This document shows, one piece after another, positions 37,705 through 46,246 of a DNA stretch of 64,000 nt. The notes beneath the pieces are model-generated. The model did not search any database and was not told where the DNA came from. It was given only the letters and a program-made list of their open reading frames with translations. The translations under genes were made by a program, and so were the position numbers. Source of the DNA: Candidatus Lloydbacteria bacterium RIFCSPHIGHO2_02_FULL_50_18 (GTDB lineage Bacteria; Patescibacteriota; Minisyncoccia; Phycocordibacterales; UBA6899); NCBI GenBank assembly GCA_001821395.1, contig MHLM01000014.1, forward strand, positions 160,001 to 224,000, in the 5' to 3' direction. How positions within the stretch are numbered: position 1 is the stretch's first letter; each line of letters begins with the position of its first letter.

Positions 37705-38124
37705 TTAGCGGTTAAAAACTCCCGTAGCTATGATACGCCCAAATTCTTTTTTATCAATGACATTTGTGAGAAGGTCGGGGACAGCGTCGGGAGGGATCCA
37801 GAGCGCTTCAGGATTCATCGGGTCTTCCGGTTGGAGATTGTCCCATTCCGTCGCAAAAAGGTATAGCGTAATATCGCGGACCTCATCGGTGTCCCACTCG
37901 CGGACCTTGATGCGCTGGCGGGTGTAGTGTGCGATCTCGCCAACAAGCTTGAGCGACGTCTCAGGAATACCCGATTCTTCGCGTATCTCTCGCATCGCGG
38001 CGGGGAGTGTTTTTTCTCCCTCTTCAACGTGTCCTTTTGGCAGCGACCAAGAGTTGTGGTTCTGGTTGACCACGACAACCCCTTTATTCCTGTTCCAAAC
38101 GACTCCTCCTGCGATCTGGATCAT
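37705..38124 (-). CDS. NUDIX hydrolase
   Basis: Nudix box GHVEEGEKTLPAAMREIREESG. Confidence 0.8.
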   Translation of the reverse strand: MIQIAGGVVWNRNKGVVVVNQNHNSWSLPKGHVEEGEKTLPAAMREIREESGIPETSLKLVGEIAHYTRQRIKVREWDTDEVRDITLYLFATEWDNLQPEDPMNPEALWIPPDAVPDLLTNVIDKKEFGRIIATGVFNR

Positions 38125-38445
38125 GTGTACATTATATCAGTGACATGTTCTTATTCGCGTGGTGCCCTTTATGCAACTGAGGATTCAGGGTGGATAACTT
38201 TCTTCGAAAGCAGAAAACACTGTAAACAAAAGACCTTTCGAACATCGTTGTCCACAGGGGTATTGTCATCTGTACCGATGTCTCGTACAATACATGTAGT
38301 TCATCGTTCTTGTTGGTTTTGTTTCCGTTTCTTGGGCATAAAAGAAGACGACCCGTGGTACTAGCTTGCGCTATACCATGGGTTTATTCATTTACCGTTT
38401 TCTTACGGTGTGCAAATTGAGCGCATTGCATTGTCGCCATCGGGA

Positions 38446-38472
38446 AACAAAGCAAATGGAGTTATTTTGCAG
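38446..38472. repeat. 27-bp direct repeat AACAAAGCAAATGGAGTTATTTTGCAG (copy 1)
   Basis: identical copy at 38628-38654 overlapping 3' end of receiver gene. Confidence 0.8.
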
Positions 38473-38525
38473 ATATTCATTCCTGCCAGAAATAGCTCCA
38501 GTTGCGCGGCGTGGAGAAAGCAACG

Positions 38526-38583
38526 AGCGACTAATTTTTCTTAACGGTAACCCGTTTTAGAAAAATGAAGTACTCTCTGTGGT
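38526..38583. repeat. 58-bp dispersed repeat (copy B)
   Basis: matches 4949-5006. Confidence 0.7.
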
Positions 38584-38627
38584 GGAAAGCATATTCCCAT
38601 ATGTTGACTGAGTTGCAGAGGCTCCAC

Positions 38628-38654
38628 AACAAAGCAAATGGAGTTATTTTGCAG
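38628..38654. repeat. 27-bp direct repeat (copy 2)
   Basis: see 38446-38472. Confidence 0.8.
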
Positions 38655-39033
38655 GAATGAGTTTTTCGCGGATGCGGGCGACTAGTGCCTCAAGGCTCCA
38701 CTCAGCCTTGATAAGAAAATCCGTATCTCCAAAACTCGAAACACGAGCGATAGTTTGTGCGTCGGTTGAATTCGTGAGCACGATGACATGCACGTGCTTG
38801 CCCCATGCGTCCTCGCTGCGCAGTTTAGAAAGCATGGTAATGCCATCCATGCGCGGCATAAAGATATCGAGCAGAATGATCGCCGGATGTTTCTCCAGTG
38901 CGACCTTGAGTCCCTCCAGTCCATCGACTGCCTCAAGAGCGACGAATCCCTCGTCAGTGAGTTTGTCGACGAGCACCTTGCGAAGGGCGATGTCGTCTTC
39001 AACGATAAGAACAGATTTATTTTCTATATCCAT
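38644..39033 (-). CDS. stand-alone response-regulator receiver domain (CheY-like)
   Basis: VLIVEDD...LLDIFMPRMDG...VIVLT. Confidence 0.8.
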   Translation of the reverse strand: MDIENKSVLIVEDDIALRKVLVDKLTDEGFVALEAVDGLEGLKVALEKHPAIILLDIFMPRMDGITMLSKLRSEDAWGKHVHVIVLTNSTDAQTIARVSSFGDTDFLIKAEWSLEALVARIREKLIPAK

Positions 39034-39042
39034 ATTTTTTGA

Positions 39043-39426
39043 TTATTTCTTTTTTTTGAGTACTTCCTTAACGCGCGTGACGACGTCATTGAGTCCTGTC
39101 TCGGCCTTCACGAGATATGCGGTGAGGTTGAGATCATTGAGTCGCCCTTCTTCCTCGTTGCTGTTCTGGTTGGTAAGCGCAATGATGTTGACCTTTTCAC
39201 CCCATTCACCGGATTGGCGGATCTGTTTTGCCATTTCGAGGCCGTCGACAGGGAACATCACGATGTCCGTGATGATCATGTCGGGTTTTTGATCGAGGGC
39301 GATCTTCGCGCCTTCTCCTCCTCCGTTCGCTTCAAGGACGGTGAATTTTTCATTGCGCAGCATTTCTGCAAGGACTTTTCTGAGCGGCTCGCTGTCTTCG
39401 ACCACGAGTATCTTGTGTTCTGTCAT
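39043..39426 (-). CDS. stand-alone response-regulator receiver domain
   Basis: ATG 39426; ILVVEDSEPLRK...MIITDIVMFPVDG...IIALT. Confidence 0.8.
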   Translation of the reverse strand: MTEHKILVVEDSEPLRKVLAEMLRNEKFTVLEANGGGEGAKIALDQKPDMIITDIVMFPVDGLEMAKQIRQSGEWGEKVNIIALTNQNSNEEEGRLNDLNLTAYLVKAETGLNDVVTRVKEVLKKKK

Positions 39427-39543
39427 ATGGGAAAAGTATAACATGTTCCTGTTTTTTGTGTACGGGTACAATATCGTCCATTTTTGTTCCTTACGTTATG
39501 CCGTATTTTTGACCGACATCCTCCTTTGGTATACGATGGGGAC

Positions 39544-40590
39544 ATGGCCAAAGTCATTATTTGTACGGGGATTTCGGGATCTCGTCGAAAAGAATATCTC
39601 GATCGATTTGTGGAATATTCGATGAGACTTGGGAAGAGGGTCAAGGTCTATCATGTGGGGCAGCTCATGCTCGAGCGCGCAAAACGCGACGGATTGAACA
39701 TCTCGTCGAAGAATATTTTAAATACGAATAAACACACGATGCAGGCGCTCCGCGGCGGAGTGTACGAGAGTATCTTGCGCAGTTTCAAGGAAGACCATAA
39801 GAATTATGACGTGATCATCGTTTCGATCCACGGATTTTTCTATTGGAAGAAGACGTTCCATCACTCATTTGACCATCATTACATCAGCCGATTCAAGCCG
39901 GAGATGTTCATCACGATCATGCGCGACCCGGTAGATATCACTGAAACGCTGAAGGAGCGCGAGCAGTGGAAGAGGGAACGCCTGAACGAACAGGAAATAT
40001 CGCTGTGGCAGAATGTCGAGACGGAAGTGATCGCAACGTGGGCGGAATTGCTTAAGTGCCCCTACTTTGCGTTCTATGACCTGCAGCGCATGTGTACGCT
40101 CTATAAGCTGGCGTTCATCCCGGAAATGGAGACAACGTATATTTCGATGCCCATGACGCACGTGATGGATGGACCCAATCGCAGGAAGATCGATAATTTC
40201 ATCAAAAAGCTCGAGGAGTATTTCGTCGTATTTGTGCCGATGATCACCAAAGGAAAATTGCCGGAGGTCAGTCAGGCACTTTCCAAGAAAAATCACACCG
40301 AATACACTAACTCCTATCAGCTCGTGAAGATCGATCTTGATATCCTCCTGCACCAGTCGAAACGCATCATCGTCTTTTTCCCCAAGCCTGCAGCAAGTCC
40401 CGGCGTGGTCAATGAACTTCGCGAGGCGCACGAAACGAATAAAGAGGCGTGGCTCATTTACCCCTCAAAGCTTGCGAGCCCTTTCCTTATCTATTACTAT
40501 GACCGTTCATTCTTAAATGAAAAACAGTTCTTCGCATTTCTTGCGAACGAAAAGAAGGGAACGCCACGGTTCACACAAAAACTGGATTAA
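39544..40590 (+). CDS. hypothetical two-domain protein with degenerate P-loop (CTGISGSRRKE)
   Basis: ATG 39544; no confident family. Confidence 0.45.
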   Translation: MAKVIICTGISGSRRKEYLDRFVEYSMRLGKRVKVYHVGQLMLERAKRDGLNISSKNILNTNKHTMQALRGGVYESILRSFKEDHKNYDVIIVSIHGFFYWKKTFHHSFDHHYISRFKPEMFITIMRDPVDITETLKEREQWKRERLNEQEISLWQNVETEVIATWAELLKCPYFAFYDLQRMCTLYKLAFIPEMETTYISMPMTHVMDGPNRRKIDNFIKKLEEYFVVFVPMITKGKLPEVSQALSKKNHTEYTNSYQLVKIDLDILLHQSKRIIVFFPKPAASPGVVNELREAHETNKEAWLIYPSKLASPFLIYYYDRSFLNEKQFFAFLANEKKGTPRFTQKLD

Positions 40591-40605
40591 CAACTATTTA
40601 TTTCT

Positions 40606-41094
40606 ATGAACGACAAAAGTATCATCGGCGGGGTCATCATTATCATTTTGGCGGTCGGAGGAATTCTCTTTGCCACGAGTAAAGGGGGGGATAGTGGAAG
40701 CAGTACGGTGACCACACCCGGGGGAGAGGTCGTGTTGGGCGATGCCCCCAAGGGTGCGCTTGAGTTGGCGCAATGTCTGAGTGCGAAAGGCGCCACCTTT
40801 TACGGTGCTTTTTGGTGTTCTCATTGTCGAACACAAAAGGCACTTTTCGGCACGGCTGCTTCGGCGTTGCCGTATGTCGAGTGTTCGACTCCGGATGGCA
40901 ACAATCAAACACCTGCATGTAAAGACAAAAAGATCATCAGCTATCCGACTTGGGTATTTGAGGGAGGGGATGAGCTGACCGGCGAACAGTCATTCACCGT
41001 TCTTGCGAATAAGACCGGCTGTATCGATCCTACGCTTGGTGAGACCAAGGTATCGGGGACGGAGGCTACTGCGACAACCCAACTTCCCAAGTGA
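40606..41094 (+). CDS. membrane-anchored thioredoxin-like protein (CSHC), BdbD/DsbA-like partner of DsbB
   Basis: N-terminal TM; FYGAFWCSHCRTQK. Confidence 0.6.
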   Translation: MNDKSIIGGVIIIILAVGGILFATSKGGDSGSSTVTTPGGEVVLGDAPKGALELAQCLSAKGATFYGAFWCSHCRTQKALFGTAASALPYVECSTPDGNNQTPACKDKKIISYPTWVFEGGDELTGEQSFTVLANKTGCIDPTLGETKVSGTEATATTQLPK

Positions 41095-41116
41095 TCAATT
41101 AGCGAAAAATATTTTT

Positions 41117-41668
41117 ATGGACCTCGGAACACTTTTCACCAAAGCGATCGCACTCTGCACGCTATTCGGTAACGCATTCATTCTTGCGCTTTTGCTCGCA
41201 TTTATCATCGCGAGGCCGATACAGGTGCTCATCATGCGGTTTGCGGCTCGCAATGCACTCTGCCTTGGACTTCTTGTTTCCGCCGCCTCGACAATCGGCA
41301 GTCTGCTCTATTCGGAAGTCGTGGGTTTTCCCGCCTGCATCCTTTGCTGGACGCAGCGCATCTTCATGTACCCGCTGATGTTCCTGTTCGCCTTGGCGCT
41401 TGTGCGAAAAGAAAAACACATCATTCCTTACGCGTTCATGCTCTCGGTCATTGGTGCTCTTGTTGCCGCCTATCAATGGGTGAAGGACATGCTGCTCGTC
41501 TATAGTCACGTGACCATCCCGTGTCCTGCGGTCACCTCGCTTCCGTCATGTGACAAGATCTACGTGCTCGAGTACGGGTACATCACCATCCCGATGTTCT
41601 CATTGAACGCGTTTGTCCTGATCGCAATCCTCACATACGCAGCAATGCGCATACAGAAAGAAGCATAG
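41117..41668 (+). CDS. dsbB: disulfide bond formation protein B (DsbB/BdbC family)
   Basis: CILCWTQRIFMYP matches BdbC CxxCWYQRIxMYP; 4 TM. Confidence 0.7.
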   Translation: MDLGTLFTKAIALCTLFGNAFILALLLAFIIARPIQVLIMRFAARNALCLGLLVSAASTIGSLLYSEVVGFPACILCWTQRIFMYPLMFLFALALVRKEKHIIPYAFMLSVIGALVAAYQWVKDMLLVYSHVTIPCPAVTSLPSCDKIYVLEYGYITIPMFSLNAFVLIAILTYAAMRIQKEA

Positions 41669-41788
41669 TCGCGCAATAAGAATAACAATCGAAGAACTCT
41701 AATGCGGAGAGGTGATTTAATGATCACTTGCATTTTGTGTAGTTGCTGATAGTTTGAAAATATTACCAAGTATTTTTGAAACTACTTT

Positions 41789-44563
41789 ATGCGCCCACTC
41801 TCCGCAATCGCGCTACTTCTCTTCATGTTCGTATTTGTTCCCACCACCTCCTCAGCGATGATGATCTTCTATTTCCCTGTCCTGACGCCAAGTGAAGAGC
41901 TTGGATATGCGGGTGATGTGGTGAGTGATGGTGTCGAACCGAATACGAGTTCTGGCACACCATTCACATTTAAAATCATTTCTACCTCACATTACAATAC
42001 GGCAAATGAGGTTGACCTCCTCGTCAGTGACGGAACGACAACTACTACATACATCATGCAGCGTGATCTCACCACCGCATCAACGACACTTATCGATGGT
42101 GACTACATAAATGGGGAACAGTATTTCTATACCGGCACATTTCCCACAGGAAACTATACCTATCACTTCGAAACATTCGGTACCCAGTATCCTGAGATGG
42201 GGGAGGAGACATTTAGTGTGAGTGCCGGACCAGTGGATATTTGCGCGGGAGTCGAGAATTGCAACTCCAATGTGCTGTTTCTCCCCGGAATCATGGGCTC
42301 ACGCCTGTTTGAAAATTCATTCGTCTGCGGAATACTTACCAATGAAAAAGAACGATGGGTTTCAACTTTGGATTGTGACCAGGCGCGCCTTGCACTTCGC
42401 GTAAATGGAACAAGTGTAAACCAAATATATACGAAAGAAGGGGAGGTTGGAGTCATCAATGAGGCCTATTCGTTCAACCTCTATAAATCATTTATGAGTG
42501 ATTTGAAAAAGTGGAAGGAGACAGACAAGATCATCGCAGACTACGCCCTTATCCCCTATGACTGGCGCCTTTCACTTGAGGATGTTCTTCAAAATGGTGC
42601 GACTTCAACCGACGGAACATTTTCCTATGGCGCAAGCCAAGGATTTGCCAATTCCCATATCTACAGAAAGCTGACTGAGATGGTCGCGTCGTCACGGACA
42701 AAGAAAGTTACCATTATCGCACACTCCAATGGCGGACTGGTGACCAAGGCTTTAATTCAGAAACTCAAAGAAACCCATGACCCGCTTTATGACAAAATAG
42801 ACAAGATCATATTCGTTGCAGTCCCTCAGACAGGAACACCTGAGGCAATAAGTAATATCCTCCATGGCGATCAGATCGGCCCCATGGGTTCGATTATGAG
42901 TGCCAATCGCCTTCGTGACCTTACACAAAACATGCCGGGAGCATACCACCTCCTACCCTCCGCAGCATATTTCGCAGGAGAAGGCGCAACTGTCCCTACG
43001 CCCATTGTCACGTTTGAGGATGGTACTGCAACGCAGCCGTTCATCAATCTGTATGGACATTCAATCGCGAATGCGTCTGACTTGAAACGCTTCTTGCTTG
43101 GTGAAGATGGGAGACCAACTCCGACATATGATGATCTCGAAGATCCCACAAAGCTTAATTTCGCCCTTCTTTCCTACGCCGAAAATCTGCATCAGCAACT
43201 CGACGATAACTGGGAAGTATCTTCGTCAACCAATATATATCAGATCGCGGGATGGGGTGTGGGAACACTCGCGAATATCAACTATCGCACAGTGCCGCAC
43301 TGTGACCGCGTGGATTCAGTGATTATTCAAGGTGCACGAAATATCTATTGTGGTCTCTGGGGGAGTCGTCTCACCTTTGACCCCAACAAAGTGATTGATG
43401 GAGATGGTACCGTGGTGATGCCAAGTGCGCTTGCGATGAGTACGAGTTCGGATAAGGTGACGAGGTATTGGGTGGATTTGGATAGGTATGGGAAAAGTGG
43501 ACTTTTTAACTCAACAATCAATCGTGTTCATAAAGATATTCTTGAGGTTCCACAGCTGTGTGATTTTATTCATAATATCATTTCGTTTTCTCTGGACACA
43601 CTTCCTGTATATATTTCAACCTCAACACCACCATCAACCAACTACACAGATCGCCTCACCTTCACGCTCCACTCCCCGCTCACCCTCGAATTCACCGACA
43701 CCGAAGGTCGCCATGTTGGACCATCAACGAGCACTCCGGACACATTCGACTCAAATGTCCCAGGAGCAACATATGAGCGCTATGGAGAAGTGCGGCTTCT
43801 CTCAATCCCAAAGACTGCCACAGGTACCCTTACGCTTCATGGTGTTGCGTCCGGCTCCTTCACGCTCGATCTCGCAGAAGAGAACGGAAACATCACCATT
43901 GCAACAACATCATTTGAAGGAATCACCTCTGCGACAAGTACGGTGGTGACGATGACCATTGATCCCATATCATCTCCAATCACAAACGGCATACTTACGG
44001 TAGACACGAATGGTGATGGTACCACCATCGAAATCCTCCACGCGCACGAAGGTGAAACAGTGTTTTCTGACACCACTCCTCCCGAGGCACGGATTGGCTT
44101 CAGTACCTCTACCCAGCAACTGCGAACAATTGGTCTCGATGTATCGCCGACCAATGCGTATAAAACCGCCACCACAACCACGGTCATCGATAGTGTGGGA
44201 AATGTCACCATCATTCATTTTTCCTCATACAAAGCAGGAAATCACAGTATTAAGGCAAAAATAGACTCCATCAGTTATAATGGGGTAGCAACCGTAGTGA
44301 GTGCTGAGCTTTCCTATAAGTGGAGCATGAACAAGAAGGGGGAATATACGATGTTTGCCGCATATATAAAAACAGCAACAGGAATAGTCGAATCTCATTA
44401 CCGCCCCAAGAAGAATCAAACGATCATCATGACAAAGGCACAGGACTTCGACGATGAGGATAATGATGACGAGTGCGACAAAAGAGCGACAAGCTCAAAA
44501 GTATCTGGTATGGTCATCCCTGGATTGGTGACCAATCAGGGGAAGATTAACGTTAATTATTAG
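41789..44563 (+). CDS. large secreted alpha/beta-hydrolase (lipase/PGAP1-like) with C-terminal beta-rich domains
   Basis: signal peptide; FLPGIMGSRL and IIAHSNGG (GxSxG). Confidence 0.65.
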   Translation: MRPLSAIALLLFMFVFVPTTSSAMMIFYFPVLTPSEELGYAGDVVSDGVEPNTSSGTPFTFKIISTSHYNTANEVDLLVSDGTTTTTYIMQRDLTTASTTLIDGDYINGEQYFYTGTFPTGNYTYHFETFGTQYPEMGEETFSVSAGPVDICAGVENCNSNVLFLPGIMGSRLFENSFVCGILTNEKERWVSTLDCDQARLALRVNGTSVNQIYTKEGEVGVINEAYSFNLYKSFMSDLKKWKETDKIIADYALIPYDWRLSLEDVLQNGATSTDGTFSYGASQGFANSHIYRKLTEMVASSRTKKVTIIAHSNGGLVTKALIQKLKETHDPLYDKIDKIIFVAVPQTGTPEAISNILHGDQIGPMGSIMSANRLRDLTQNMPGAYHLLPSAAYFAGEGATVPTPIVTFEDGTATQPFINLYGHSIANASDLKRFLLGEDGRPTPTYDDLEDPTKLNFALLSYAENLHQQLDDNWEVSSSTNIYQIAGWGVGTLANINYRTVPHCDRVDSVIIQGARNIYCGLWGSRLTFDPNKVIDGDGTVVMPSALAMSTSSDKVTRYWVDLDRYGKSGLFNSTINRVHKDILEVPQLCDFIHNIISFSLDTLPVYISTSTPPSTNYTDRLTFTLHSPLTLEFTDTEGRHVGPSTSTPDTFDSNVPGATYERYGEVRLLSIPKTATGTLTLHGVASGSFTLDLAEENGNITIATTSFEGITSATSTVVTMTIDPISSPITNGILTVDTNGDGTTIEILHAHEGETVFSDTTPPEARIGFSTSTQQLRTIGLDVSPTNAYKTATTTTVIDSVGNVTIIHFSSYKAGNHSIKAKIDSISYNGVATVVSAELSYKWSMNKKGEYTMFAAYIKTATGIVESHYRPKKNQTIIMTKAQDFDDEDNDDECDKRATSSKVSGMVIPGLVTNQGKINVNY

Positions 44564-44581
44564 TTCTTTAATTTAGGGAAT

Positions 44582-45019
44582 ATGGGGACAAAAAAAAACA
44601 TTATCATTGTTTCAGCCCTAGCTCTCGTTGCGGTGTTTGTCGTGACAAATCCTCTCATTTTTGGTTTTTGTCGTGGCGTGTCGTCATGGAGTGATGGCAC
44701 AAAATATTGTTATTCTAGCATTACAGATGACATTCCAGAGACATTCATATTATCAACAGGATTGATCGCGACCTTACTACTGATATTTACATTTCTCACC
44801 TACCGCATGCGCGACGAAGTCTTCCGTGCATGGTGGAACTTCGCAAGATGGATGGTGCCGGTCATTATTCTTGCCACCCTCGCGGTCAACGCCATACCCT
44901 CCAATGGTGGATTCTTCAACATGGATGCCCTCGCATACCCCTTATTCCTCGGACCCCTATATATTATCCTTATTTTCGCTTCACTCTGGAAAATTGTGCG
45001 AGCGTATAGGAAGAAGTAA
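44582..45019 (+). CDS. membrane protein (145 aa)
   Basis: 4 hydrophobic helices. Confidence 0.5.
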   Translation: MGTKKNIIIVSALALVAVFVVTNPLIFGFCRGVSSWSDGTKYCYSSITDDIPETFILSTGLIATLLLIFTFLTYRMRDEVFRAWWNFARWMVPVIILATLAVNAIPSNGGFFNMDALAYPLFLGPLYIILIFASLWKIVRAYRKK

Positions 45020-45095
45020 TTTGTATTCCCACTGCAAAGGTCTGAACTTTGTAGTCTACGAGTGGAGCATCAACAAGAGATTCGTAGCGGTTGCG

Positions 45096-45170
45096 ATGTC
45101 CATCCTTTTTGCAATCCTGAGCACGGTAATCATTCTCACGGCATTCGTTGCGTTGAGGAAGAAAAAATAG
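45096..45170 (+). CDS. candidate 24-aa hydrophobic peptide MSILFAILSTVIILTAFVALRKKK
   Basis: short ORF; paralogous to 45254-45328; weak RBS. Confidence 0.2.
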   Translation: MSILFAILSTVIILTAFVALRKKK

Positions 45171-45253
45171 ACTCCATCAAGTTATAGTGGGCTACCTGTC
45201 AATTACGTAGTGGGTCACTCGTTCCTATCGACAAGAGTCGTGTCTCACTCTTT

Positions 45254-45328
45254 ATGAACAGCCTCTTCCTTATTGTTTCCCTGATAATCGTCGCTTGGAA
45301 ATGGTTTTCGCTGCGGGAGAAGAAATAA
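45254..45328 (+). CDS. candidate 24-aa hydrophobic peptide MNSLFLIVSLIIVAWKWFSLREKK
   Basis: short ORF similar in length/pattern to previous. Confidence 0.2.
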   Translation: MNSLFLIVSLIIVAWKWFSLREKK

Positions 45329-45360
45329 GTTGTATCGTTCTGGTTCATAAGTAGCTTCGA

Positions 45361-46176
45361 ATGATATGCTTGATATCAAGTATAAATATACAATTAACGA
45401 TCATGCAAAAAAGACTTATTCAATCAGGGCGGACGCGTTTTGCCAACGATATCATCGCGGAGTTTTGGATGCCGAAAAAAGCATCGGGGCGGGCGATCAT
45501 CCTGTGTGACGGGTGTCCGACGGTTCCATCGAAGCGGAGACTGGGAGAATTTCTGGCGCGAAAGGGCTATTGGGTCTTCCATCTGCGCTATCGCGGGTCC
45601 TGGGAGTCAGGCGGTGAGTTCTTGAAGTACGCTCCACGGGAGGACGTGCTGCTTGTTGCCGAAGGACTGAATAAGGGATTCATTGAAATATGGAGCGGGG
45701 TGACATATTTTCTTGATATATCGGATATCACCGTTGTCGGGGCGTCATTCGGAGGGGCAGCCGCACTGCTCTCATCGCTCGACCCGCGCATCTCGCGCGC
45801 TGTCACACTTGCCCCTGCCGTAGATTTTTGCTACGGGAAAAGCGGCGAGTCATTTGCTGAATTCGAGCGTCAGGTGAAGGAAGGATTCGCCGGCGCATAC
45901 CGCGGACCAACAAAGAATTATGCCAAATTGAAGACCGGAAAATTCTACAATCCTATCGCGCACGCCAAGGCATTTGATCCGACAAAGATATTCATTGTGC
46001 ATGCGAAGGATGACAAGGTGGTCCCGCTTGCTTCCGTGCGTATGTTTGCCGGAGCTACGAAACTTCCTAAGAAAAATTTTCAGGTCTTGAAAGAAGGCGG
46101 GCATTTGTCGACAAATATCGCTACAGAGCAGAATGTCTGGAAAAATATCGCACGATTCATCGCAACGAGTAAGTAG
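45361..46176 (+). CDS. alpha/beta hydrolase (dienelactone hydrolase/S9-like)
   Basis: VVGASFGGAAALL GxSxG; C-terminal His. Confidence 0.65.
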   Translation: MICLISSINIQLTIMQKRLIQSGRTRFANDIIAEFWMPKKASGRAIILCDGCPTVPSKRRLGEFLARKGYWVFHLRYRGSWESGGEFLKYAPREDVLLVAEGLNKGFIEIWSGVTYFLDISDITVVGASFGGAAALLSSLDPRISRAVTLAPAVDFCYGKSGESFAEFERQVKEGFAGAYRGPTKNYAKLKTGKFYNPIAHAKAFDPTKIFIVHAKDDKVVPLASVRMFAGATKLPKKNFQVLKEGGHLSTNIATEQNVWKNIARFIATSK

Positions 46177-46246
46177 ATGGAAGAGGGAACAGATAAGCGG
46201 TCACTATTCACAGCACCGCTTTTTTGTTGTCTTGAAACGTGAGATA

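Noticed and set aside
38366-38560. 64-aa ORF in repeat region
   Set aside because: Lies across the 27-bp direct repeat and 58-bp dispersed repeat; likely non-coding.
38657-39292. 211-aa Ser-rich + strand ORF
   Set aside because: Antisense to the two receiver-domain genes; low-complexity composition.
44826-45170. 114-aa + strand ORF
   Set aside because: Mostly overlaps membrane-protein gene 44582-45019 in another frame. Only its last 24 codons (45096-45170) are kept as a candidate mini-ORF.
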